Assembly: GCA_963755025.1 (NCBI GenBank)
Contig: CAVWIH010000027.1
Location: 1-64,000, forward strand
From: an uncultured Actinomycetes bacterium
GTDB lineage: Bacteria > Actinomycetota > Thermoleophilia > UBA2241
Direction of reading: 5' to 3'
Length of the DNA: 64,000 bases
Below the pieces are notes generated by a model, which did no database searches, had not been told where the DNA came from, and saw only the letters and a program-made list of their open reading frames with translations. Shown here in pieces: positions 31,070 through 39,345 of the stretch. Numbering within the stretch: position 1 is the stretch's first letter; every line of letters starts with the position of its first letter. Position numbers and translations under genes: made by a program.

Positions 31070-32330
31070 ACCGGTGCGGGGCGCGGTCGCCGCCATCGCC
31101 GCCGACTACCGCATCTGCTACCAGTGCGGCCAGTGCACCGCCGCCTGCCCGAGCGGCGCCGACCTGCGGTCGGGGCCACGGCGCGTCATGCGCCTGCTGC
31201 TCGCCGAGCAGGCCGAGCAGCTCCTCGCCTGCGAGGACATCTGGCGCTGCACCGGCTGCGGCGCCTGCAGCGCCGCCTGCCCCATGGACCTTGACGTGGC
31301 CGAGGCGCTGGCCCGGGTGCGCGCGCTGGAGCGCGCGCACGGCGGCCAGCGCTGCCCCGAGCGCGGCGCCGCCTTGGTGGCCGCGCGGCGGCTCGCCGAG
31401 CACGACACGATCGACTCGCTGGCGTTCGGCACGGCCATGGCCGGCCGCGGCTACGTGCCGAGCGACCTCGTCGGCGCCGCGGGCGCCGCGGCGCGCCTGC
31501 TCCAGGGCCGGCTGCGGCGGACCGCGCATCCTCAGGCAGCCGGGCCCGCGACGGCCACGGCGGCGGCCGCGTCGCACGCGGCGGCCGCTTCCGAGTCGCT
31601 CGCCACAGGTTCGGCGGCGGGGTTCGCGGCGGCGGCTGCGGGGTTCGCGGCGGCGGCTGCGCCGCCGCTCCCCTTCTACCCGGGTTGCGCCCTCACCCAG
31701 GACGCGGCGGCCCACGCCCTCACGCGCGCCGCGGCCGCCGGCCTTGGTCTGGAGCTCAGCGAGACAAGCGGCGCGCCCTGCTGCGGGCACCCCAGCCGCG
31801 GCGCGGCCGCGCCGGGCGCGATGGGCGACGAGACGCTCGTCACCGCCTGTCCGGCCTGCGACCGGAGCCTGCGCGAGGCCGGCATCCCGACGACGCCCCT
31901 CTGGGAGGCGCTCGTCGACCGCACGTTGCGCGGCGGTCGCGACCTGCGAGCGGCCGGCGCGGCCTTCGTGCCCTACGTCGGTTGCCTCGCCGAGCGCGAC
32001 CGCGCCCTCGACACGCTGGCCGGCGCGGCCGCCCTTGCCCAAGTCGACTGCCTGACCTCGTACCCGGCGCTGCACAGCGGCTGCTGCGGCGCCCTGGGCG
32101 GCATGTACCGCGGCGAGACGCAGGCGGTGCGGCGGTTGCTCGACTACGCCGCCGAACGCGACGCCGCCGTGGTCACCACCTGCCTGCTATGCCGCGACAA
32201 CCTGCGTTCGTCCGCCCGCCGGCGCCGGCTGCCGGTCCAGGTCCAGTTCTGGCCCGAGTTCTTCAGCGCCGCCGGCCCCGCCGCCGACGCCGGACCCACC
32301 AACTTCACCGATGGAGGCGCCCATGACTGA
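31056..32330 (+). CDS. HdrC-HdrB (HdrD-like) fusion, compact/divergent
   Basis: CYQCGQCTAACP, IWRCTGCGACSAACP; FYPGC, CCGH, CPAC, YVGC, CCGA, CLLC. Confidence 0.8.
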   Translation: MTVAEPVRGAVAAIAADYRICYQCGQCTAACPSGADLRSGPRRVMRLLLAEQAEQLLACEDIWRCTGCGACSAACPMDLDVAEALARVRALERAHGGQRCPERGAALVAARRLAEHDTIDSLAFGTAMAGRGYVPSDLVGAAGAAARLLQGRLRRTAHPQAAGPATATAAAASHAAAASESLATGSAAGFAAAAAGFAAAAAPPLPFYPGCALTQDAAAHALTRAAAAGLGLELSETSGAPCCGHPSRGAAAPGAMGDETLVTACPACDRSLREAGIPTTPLWEALVDRTLRGGRDLRAAGAAFVPYVGCLAERDRALDTLAGAAALAQVDCLTSYPALHSGCCGALGGMYRGETQAVRRLLDYAAERDAAVVTTCLLCRDNLRSSARRRRLPVQVQFWPEFFSAAGPAADAGPTNFTDGGAHD

Positions 32331-33045
32331 GCGCGACGAGCGCCCGACCGCCGTGCCCGACGCCGGGGCCGGCGTGCCCAGCGCCGAGGCCGCCGTGCCC
32401 GTACGGGTGAACCCTTACGCCGTGATCGCCCCCGGCGAGTTCCACCGGCGGCCCGAGGCCCGCCTCGACCTGGTCGAGCGCATCGTGAACGACCCCCGCA
32501 TGCACGACCACAAAGAGGGCTTTCTCTCCTGCCTGCAGTGCGGCGTGTGCACCTCGGGCTGCCCGGCGGCGCGCTTTGCCGACTATTCGCCGCGCCAGGT
32601 GGCGCGGCGCGCCTACGAGGGCGACCCCTCGCTGCTCGAAGACGACTCGGTGTGGTTCTGCTTCTACTGCTACACCTGCCAGAGCCGCTGTCCGCGCAAG
32701 AACAGCGTGGCGGTGATCAACCAGGTGATCCGCTCCATGCAGGTCGAGAGCGGCTACGGCATCAAGCACGTCGAGATGTTCGCGGCCTGGGGCGAGCAGT
32801 TCTACGACAAGGGCATGGGCGGCACGCCGCACGTCTTCTTCAGCGACATCGCCGAGGCTTGGGGGCCGAAGTGGCAGGCCTTCATCGCCGGCCGCGACGC
32901 GCTGCGCGAGGAGCTCGGCGTGGGCGACATGTACCCGTCGGCGGCGACCGTGGCCGAGGTACGCGCCGTCATGAGGGCGACCGGCTTCAAGGCGCGCCTC
33001 GAGAGCCTGGGCGCCTGGGGCGGCCGGCGGCCCGACGAGGATTGA
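32323..33045 (+). CDS. hdrC: Heterodisulfide reductase subunit C-like
   Basis: CLQCGVCTSGCP and WFCFYCYTCQSRCP; GGAGG RBS. Confidence 0.88.
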   Translation: MTERDERPTAVPDAGAGVPSAEAAVPVRVNPYAVIAPGEFHRRPEARLDLVERIVNDPRMHDHKEGFLSCLQCGVCTSGCPAARFADYSPRQVARRAYEGDPSLLEDDSVWFCFYCYTCQSRCPRKNSVAVINQVIRSMQVESGYGIKHVEMFAAWGEQFYDKGMGGTPHVFFSDIAEAWGPKWQAFIAGRDALREELGVGDMYPSAATVAEVRAVMRATGFKARLESLGAWGGRRPDED

Positions 33046-33273
33046 CCCCACCGTCGGTTGCGTGCCGCGGATGGCCGTGTGGAGCGCATGACCTTTCCTG
33101 AAGAGGCCTCACGTCGCACGCTTTGGCCTTTTCCAAGTGGCTGACTCACCCCGAGACGCTCGGATGCCAATCCACGCCACAGGGCGATCCTTGGGGGTAA
33201 GGCGATGCGCAGCCTGTTCCACGTCGTCGGCACGAGTGCGATGCTCCGCCTGTCGTTCGGTGTCGTGATGGGG
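33046..33273 (-). ncRNA. Putative structured ncRNA (long irregular hairpin; 6S/Ms1-like shape), unassigned
   Basis: Nested inverted repeats spanning the whole intergenic region, several closed by G-U pairs on the minus strand; no credible ORF. Confidence 0.45.
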
Positions 33274-33402
33274 TGTGGTCGGTACCCAGCCGCCCGCGAC
33301 CAGTCGGCCGCGCCATAGGCGCGCGCCTGCTAGAATCTGTACAGCCCTGCCGGTGCGGTGGCGCCGGCGCCTGTCTCGCCGACGCTCAAGGACGGCTGCC
33401 CG

Positions 33403-34314
33403 ATGACCGACTTCTCCGACTCCCAGCAGGAGCTTCGCGACCTGGCCGCCGCGCGCGACGCCATCATCCTGGCGCACAACTACCAGCGCCCCGAAGTGCA
33501 GGACGCGGCCGACCTGGTGGGCGACTCGCTGGAGCTCGCCCGCAAGGCGGCGGCCACCGACGCCGCGGTGATCCTCTTCTGCGGCGTGCACTTCATGGCT
33601 GAGACGGCCAAGATCCTCTCGCCCGCCAAGACCGTGCTCATGCCCGATCCCCACGCCGGCTGCCCGATGGCCGACATGGTGACGGTCGAAGGCCTGCGCG
33701 CCTTGAAGGCGCAGCACCCCGACGCCGCCGTGGTCGCCTACGTCAACACGAGCGCCGAGATCAAGGCCGAGGTCGACGTCTGCTGCACCAGCGCCAACGC
33801 CCCCGAGATCGTGGCCCGCATCCCCGCCGAGCAGCCCATCATCTTCGTGCCCGACCGCAACCTGGGCGACTGGGTCGCCGGACGCACCGGGCGCACGAAC
33901 ATGATCATGTGGCAAGGCTACTGCCCCGTGCACGAGCAGATGACCGCCGACGAGGTGAGCGCCGCCCTCGCCGCACACCCAGGGGCCGAGCTCATGGCGC
34001 ACCCCGAGTGCGGTCGCGAGGTGCGCGCCCTGGCCACGGTGATCACGAGCACCTCGGGCATGCTGCGCTACCCGGCCACGAGCGCCGCCCGCGTGTTCGT
34101 GGTGGCCACCGAGACGGGCCTGCTGCACCGCCTGCGCGGACTCTACCCCGACCGTGAGTTCCTGCCGGCCGCGCGCGGCGCGATCTGCCCCAACATGAAG
34201 CGCACCACCCTCGACAAGGCGATCGCCGCCTTGGACGAGGGCCTGAACGAGATCGTGGTGCCGCCGCGCATCGCCGAACGCGCCCTCGCGTCGGTCGAGC
34301 GCATGATGGCCTGA
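33403..34314 (+). CDS. nadA: Quinolinate synthase
   Basis: ILAHNYQ, GDSLEL, FCGVHFMAETAKIL, GCPMAD, YVNTSA, CTSANA, CPVH, AHPEC, ICPNMK. Confidence 0.96.
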   Translation: MTDFSDSQQELRDLAAARDAIILAHNYQRPEVQDAADLVGDSLELARKAAATDAAVILFCGVHFMAETAKILSPAKTVLMPDPHAGCPMADMVTVEGLRALKAQHPDAAVVAYVNTSAEIKAEVDVCCTSANAPEIVARIPAEQPIIFVPDRNLGDWVAGRTGRTNMIMWQGYCPVHEQMTADEVSAALAAHPGAELMAHPECGREVRALATVITSTSGMLRYPATSAARVFVVATETGLLHRLRGLYPDREFLPAARGAICPNMKRTTLDKAIAALDEGLNEIVVPPRIAERALASVERMMA

Positions 34315-34386
34315 GCGCCCGTCCGGGCGCGTGAGTTCCCCGGTCTAGCAGCGCCGCGCGCCGGGAAAGCCTACCGGCAGAGCATC

Positions 34387-34845
34387 ATGCCACCTGGCAA
34401 GCACAACTCCAGCGACAAGCCCGACCGCGGCAACAGCAGCGACCGCGCGCGCGACTCCGCCCGAGACCCCACGCGCGACTCCGCCCGAGACCCCGGCCGC
34501 GAACGCCCGCACGATCCCGCCCGCGAACGCCCGCACGATCCCGCCCGCGACCCGGACGCCGGCGAGCACTACGAAGTCGTGACGGTCGAGCACCTGCTGG
34601 CGCCGGGCGCCCCCAGCCTCCCCACGCCGCCTGCCGGCCACGCCCGGTACGCCTACGTGCTGGAGGGTCAGGTGACCGCGCGGATCGGCGCCGAGACGCT
34701 GATCGCCGGACCCGGCAGCATCGTCTCGCTGCCCGCGAGCTTCCGTCACTCGCTCGCCTGCGCCGGCGACACGACGGCCCGCGTGCTCGTCGTGCACGTG
34801 CGCGAGACGGAGCGGGAAGATCCGGCGGAGCGCCGCGCCGCGTAG
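34387..34845 (+). CDS. Cupin-domain protein with repetitive N-terminus
   Basis: YAYVLEGQVTARIG...GPGSIVSLPASFRHSL; RDSARDP and RERPHDPA repeats. Confidence 0.6.
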   Translation: MPPGKHNSSDKPDRGNSSDRARDSARDPTRDSARDPGRERPHDPARERPHDPARDPDAGEHYEVVTVEHLLAPGAPSLPTPPAGHARYAYVLEGQVTARIGAETLIAGPGSIVSLPASFRHSLACAGDTTARVLVVHVRETEREDPAERRAA

Positions 34846-34934
34846 CGCACGCGGCGTCGCGCGGTGCGATGGGCGAACCGCGCCCCCGACCGCGCCGCCC
34901 CACCGTCGCGCCGCGTAGCGCACGCGGCTGACGC

Positions 34935-36041
34935 CTACGTCGCGTCGTCGGCCACCTGCAGCACCGCCGCGCCGCGGATGCCGTCGTGCTTGAGAGCGAT
35001 CAACGCCTCGTTGGCCTGGTCGAGCGGGAACACCTGGATCTCGGTGACGATGGGGATGGCCGCCGCCAGGCGCAGCAACTCGGCGGCGTCGCGCCGCGTC
35101 GAGTTGGTCACGCTGCGAATGACGCGCTCCCCATAGAGCAATGGGTATTCGAACGCCGGCACCGGCGACGAGTAGATGCCGCCCATGGCGACCGTGCCGC
35201 CCTTGTCGAGCACCTTGAGGGCCTCGATGGCGAGCTCGCCGACCGGCGCGAAGACGATGGCCGCATCGAGCTTGACGGCGGCGTCGCCGCCGGGCTGCTC
35301 GTCGGCCGCGCCCGCCCACACGGCGCCGAGCTCGAGGGCCAGGCGCCGGTGCTTCTCGTCGCGGGTGAAAGCGTAGACCTCGGCGCCCCAGTAGCGCGCG
35401 ATCTGCAGACAGATGTGGGCGGCGGCCCCGAAGCCGTACAGCCCCAGGCGCCGGCCGGCGGCCGCTCCTGGGCCGGCCGGGGTCGCGACGCCCGCGCCCG
35501 AGCCGGCGGCACCCGCCGTCGCGCCGGCGCCGGCTCCCGCCGGCACGAGGCCCGACAGGTGCAGCGAGCGATAGCCGATGATGCCGGCGCACAGCAGCGG
35601 CGCCGCCGCCAGATCGCTCAGCCTCTCGTGCAGCGGGTAGCTGAAGGCAGCCGGCGCCACGGTGAGCTCGGCGAAGCCGCCGTCGACGTCCCAGCCCGTG
35701 AACTGGGCGGCGTCGCACAGGTTCTCGTCGCCGCGCCGGCAGTAGCGGCAAGTGCCGTCGGTGGAGTGCAGCCAGGGCACGCCGACGCGGTCGCCGACGC
35801 GGTGCTCGGTCACACCCTCGCCGAGCTCGACGACGCGGCCCACGATCTGGTGACCGGGCACGACCGGAGACTTGTGCGGCGGCAGCTCGCCCTCGGCGAC
35901 GTGCAGGTCGGTGTGACAGACGCCGCAGGCGCTCACAGCGATCAGGATCTCGCCGGCGCCGGGGTGCGGCCGGGGGAGCTCGACGAGCTCCAGGGGCCGC
36001 TCGTCGATCGGCTTGGGCTGACGCAGCAGCATGGCTCTCAT
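34935..36041 (-). CDS. Zinc-dependent alcohol dehydrogenase (AdhP-like)
   Basis: CGVCHTDLH, PGHQIVG, CRYCRRGDENLC, APLLCAG, GLYGFGAAAH. Confidence 0.9.
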   Translation of the reverse strand: MRAMLLRQPKPIDERPLELVELPRPHPGAGEILIAVSACGVCHTDLHVAEGELPPHKSPVVPGHQIVGRVVELGEGVTEHRVGDRVGVPWLHSTDGTCRYCRRGDENLCDAAQFTGWDVDGGFAELTVAPAAFSYPLHERLSDLAAAPLLCAGIIGYRSLHLSGLVPAGAGAGATAGAAGSGAGVATPAGPGAAAGRRLGLYGFGAAAHICLQIARYWGAEVYAFTRDEKHRRLALELGAVWAGAADEQPGGDAAVKLDAAIVFAPVGELAIEALKVLDKGGTVAMGGIYSSPVPAFEYPLLYGERVIRSVTNSTRRDAAELLRLAAAIPIVTEIQVFPLDQANEALIALKHDGIRGAAVLQVADDAT

Positions 36042-36085
36042 GGCGGCCTCCGCGAGTGGTTGCCCGAAATCATACCCGCGCGGCG

Positions 36086-36523
36086 CTAGGTCACCGTGCG
36101 TGAGCCGGGCTCAGGCACGACCGCGACGCAACTGATCTCGACCAGCGCCTCGGGCACGATGAGCTCGGTCACCCCGACGGCCGTCCAGGCCGGCAGCGGC
36201 TCGTCGAAGATCTCCGCGGCGACCTGCAGGAGCGCGGCAAGCTGGCGCTGCAGCCCCACGTGATACGAGGTCAGGCTGACCACGTGCGGCCAACCGACCC
36301 CAGCCGCGGCCAGGGTCTCGCCGAGGTTGGCGAAGGTGCCGCGGATCTGCTCCTCGACGCCCGCCGGAAAGACGCCGTCCGCCCCTTCCCCGGTGTGGCC
36401 CGTGACCTGCACCGTGTCGCCGGCCCGGATCGCCGCCGGCACGCGCGTCTCTTCGTAGAAGTCAGACCAATGCGAGGGCACCACGGCGACGCGACCGGCC
36501 GGCGTGTTCCTGCCTTCTGCCAT
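36086..36523 (-). CDS. RidA/YjgF family protein
   Basis: VTGHTG...EEQIRGTFANL...PAWTAVGVTEL...LVEI. Confidence 0.85.
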   Translation of the reverse strand: MAEGRNTPAGRVAVVPSHWSDFYEETRVPAAIRAGDTVQVTGHTGEGADGVFPAGVEEQIRGTFANLGETLAAAGVGWPHVVSLTSYHVGLQRQLAALLQVAAEIFDEPLPAWTAVGVTELIVPEALVEISCVAVVPEPGSRTVT

Positions 36524-36547
36524 GTGCGCTCCTTTCCTAGGGTTCGC

Positions 36548-37358
36548 CTAGCTCAGCACGTCCTTGCGCCCGAACACGGCGACCGCGGCGAGCAGCGCCA
36601 CGCCTACCGTCGCCCCGTAGCTCTCGAGCGCCTGCCTGACAGGTTGCCAGTAGATCGGATAACGGAACAGGTTGACGAAGGCGAGGCGGTAGCTCGAATA
36701 CGTGTAAGGCTTCAGGAAGTCGAACACGCTGAAGGCGTTCAGGATGGTCAGCACGGTGAAGACGGCGATGGCGATGATCGCCGCCGTGAGGCTCGAGTCG
36801 GTGAGCGTCGAGATGAACAGGGCGATGGTCAGCGAGCAGACCGCGCCCGCGACCACCAGCAGGTAGGCCACGCCGATCAAGGCCGAGCGCGTGCGATGTG
36901 CCGATCGTCGTGCCCGACAGGGTGACCAGCGGGCGCAGGCCGAAGGCCGCGGCGCCCGCCGCCAGCGCCACCACGGCCACCAGGGCGGCCCCGGCCAGCG
37001 CGTAGAGCACGGCCACGGCCCACTTGGTGAGGAGCACGCCCGTGCGGCTCACTGGACGCGACAGCCAGGTCTTGAGCGTGCCCGTCTCGGCCTCGCTGGC
37101 CACCGACGAGGCGCCGCCCATAGCGGCGACGATGGGCAGCAGGAACGAAGCCAGCGCGATCAGCGCCGAGAGCATCACGAGCAAGCCGTTCTGGGCGACG
37201 TGCGCCACGAACGGCGGCTCGCCGGGGTCCTGCGGGCGCGGCGTCTGCAGCGCCCCCGCGGCGACCACGATGAGCGGCACGGCCACGAGCCCCGTCCAGC
37301 CCAGGTAGGTGCGCTTCTGGTGGGCGACCTTGATGGCCTCGAGGCGAAGCGATGTCAT
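36548..37358 (-). CDS. ABC-2 type permease (frameshift near 36880)
   Basis: VASEAETGTLKTWLSRPVSR...TKW; C-terminal FGRKDVLS; paralog of the next gene. Confidence 0.8.
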
Positions 37359-37401
37359 CGGCTCTCCTGCACCACGTTCGGCCCGCCGCTGCCCGCCTGC
37401 C

Positions 37402-38211
37402 CTACGTGAGGATGTCCTTGCGCCGAAAGATGAGCCACGAGACCAGCAGCAGCCCGGCTACGGTGGCCCCGTAGGCGAGCAGGGCGTGGCGGATGGGCTG
37501 CCAGTAGATCGGGTCGCGAAACAGGTTGATGAAGGCCATGTCGTAGCTCGTGAACGTGTAGGGCTTCATGAAGTCGAAGTAGCTGAAGCTGTTCAGGATG
37601 GTCAGCACGACGAACACCACCATGGCACTGATGGCCGCGGTCAGGCTCGAGTTGCTGAGCGTCGAGAAGAACAGCGCCAGCGAGACCATGCAGAGCAGCG
37701 CGGCCAGGATGAGCAGGTTGGCGAGCACGATGCGGCCGAGTCCGGCCGAGATGCTGATCGTCGTGCCCGACAGCGTGGTGAGCGGGTGGGCGCCGAACAC
37801 GAGCCAGCCCGCGACGAGACCGCCGACGCCCACGAGCAGCATGCCGACCACGATGTAGAGGATGGCGACGCCCCATTTTGAGAAGAGGATCGCGGTGCGG
37901 CTCACCGGGCGGCTCATCCAGGTCTTCATGGTGCCCTGCTCGGCCTCGCCGGCCAGGGGGAAGGCGCCGGCCATGGCGGCGATCAGCGGAAAGAGAAAGA
38001 ACGAGAGCACGCCGATCGCCGCCAGCGGGGTGAAGATGCCGTTGTTGGTGATCTGCGCGAAGAACGGCGGCCCCTGGCCGGGGGCGGGCTTCGAGTTCGA
38101 CAGGTCGAGCGCCACCACGATGAGCACGGGTACCGCCAGCAGGCCGGCCCAGCCCAGGTAGGTGCGCCGCTGAAAGAGGATCTTGGTGAACTCGCGGCCC
38201 AGGCTGCCCAC
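37402..38211 (-). CDS. ABC-2 type permease
   Basis: LAGEAEQGTMKTWMSRPVSR...SKW; FRRKDILT; about 6 TM segments. Confidence 0.88.
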   Translation of the reverse strand: MGSLGREFTKILFQRRTYLGWAGLLAVPVLIVVALDLSNSKPAPGQGPPFFAQITNNGIFTPLAAIGVLSFFLFPLIAAMAGAFPLAGEAEQGTMKTWMSRPVSRTAILFSKWGVAILYIVVGMLLVGVGGLVAGWLVFGAHPLTTLSGTTISISAGLGRIVLANLLILAALLCMVSLALFFSTLSNSSLTAAISAMVVFVVLTILNSFSYFDFMKPYTFTSYDMAFINLFRDPIYWQPIRHALLAYGATVAGLLLVSWLIFRRKDILT

Positions 38212-38217
38212 GCCGGC

Positions 38218-39300
38218 CTACCCCTGGTCCCCGCCGGCCGGCGAGCGGGCGGCCTCGGCCGCCCGCTCGCCGCGCCCGGCGTCGACGTCGGAGCTCTGCG
38301 TGAGCTCCAGAAAGAAGTCTTCGAGGCCCTGCTCGACGGCGGGCACCACGGCGCGCACGGCGATGCCGTCCGCCACGAGGCGCCGCACGAGCTCGGGTAC
38401 GCCCTCGTCGCCGGCGCGCACGATCAGGTTGCCCTCGTCCCAGCTCACGCCCTGCGCGCCGAACAGGGCGCGCGCCGTCTCGAAGGCCTTCTGCTGGTCG
38501 CCGGTCACCACCTTGACCGCCTCGTCGTGCGGGCGCAGCGCGCTGACCGGACCCTCGATGACGGTGCGGCCGCGGTTGATGATGACGGCCCGATTGCAGA
38601 CCTGCTCGACCTCGTGCAGCAGGTGCGAGCTCAAAAAGACGGTGGTGCCGGCCGCGCCCAGCTCGCGCACGAGCTCGCGCACGTCTTTCATGCCCTGCGG
38701 GTCGAGGCCGCTCGTGGGCTCGTCCAGGATGATGACCTCGGGCCGGGCGAGCAGCGCGTTGGCGATGCCCAGGCGCTGCTTCATGCCGTGCGAGTAGCCG
38801 CCCACCTTGCTGTCGCCGCGCGCCAGCAGGCCGACCGTGTCGAGCACCTCGCTGATGCGCTCCTCGGTCGCGCGGCCGCCGGCCGCGCCGATCAGCCGCA
38901 GGTTGCGGCGCGCGCTCATGTTGGGGTAGAAGGCCGGCACCTCGACGAAGCCGCCCAGGTGACGCAGCGCGGCCACGCGGTCGCCGGGCACGCGGTGGTC
39001 GAGCACGTCGACGTGGCCGCTGGTCGGGAAGATGAGGCCGAAGATCATGCGGATGGTCGTCGTCTTGCCGGCCCCGTTGGGCCCGAGAAAGCCGAAGACG
39101 TCGCCGCGGCAGACGGCGAGGTCGAGATGGTCGACGGCCAGCAGCTTGCCGAAGCGCTTGGTGAGGCCGTGGGTGGCGAGCACCACGGGGCGGCCGGCGC
39201 AGACCGGGGCGGGCGGCCCCGCGTCGCCGCTCGTGGTGCCGCCCGCCGGCGCCCCCGCGGGCGCCTGGTCTGTGCCGGTCATCTGGCTAGTGCCGTCCAT
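38218..39300 (-). CDS. ABC transporter ATP-binding protein
   Basis: GPNGAGKTT, YSHGMKQRL, ILDEPTSGLDP, SSHLL. Confidence 0.93.
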   Translation of the reverse strand: MDGTSQMTGTDQAPAGAPAGGTTSGDAGPPAPVCAGRPVVLATHGLTKRFGKLLAVDHLDLAVCRGDVFGFLGPNGAGKTTTIRMIFGLIFPTSGHVDVLDHRVPGDRVAALRHLGGFVEVPAFYPNMSARRNLRLIGAAGGRATEERISEVLDTVGLLARGDSKVGGYSHGMKQRLGIANALLARPEVIILDEPTSGLDPQGMKDVRELVRELGAAGTTVFLSSHLLHEVEQVCNRAVIINRGRTVIEGPVSALRPHDEAVKVVTGDQQKAFETARALFGAQGVSWDEGNLIVRAGDEGVPELVRRLVADGIAVRAVVPAVEQGLEDFFLELTQSSDVDAGRGERAAEAARSPAGGDQG

Positions 39301-39345
39301 TGACTTCGTCGCCGCCGCTCAAGCAGGCGTGACTTCGTCGCGCGC

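Noticed and set aside
23136-33045. Selenocysteine recoding in HdrA/MvhD
   Set aside because: All the relevant motifs have Cys codons and the frames are open. The TGA codons seen are ordinary stops in GTGA/ATGA overlaps.
33046-33402. NAD+ (nadA-motif) riboswitch or raiA-motif RNA
   Set aside because: I could not match the conserved cores. Only short scattered words resemble raiA, and the likely nadA -10 (TAGAAT, 33331) lies downstream of the structure. Kept only as an unassigned ncRNA candidate.
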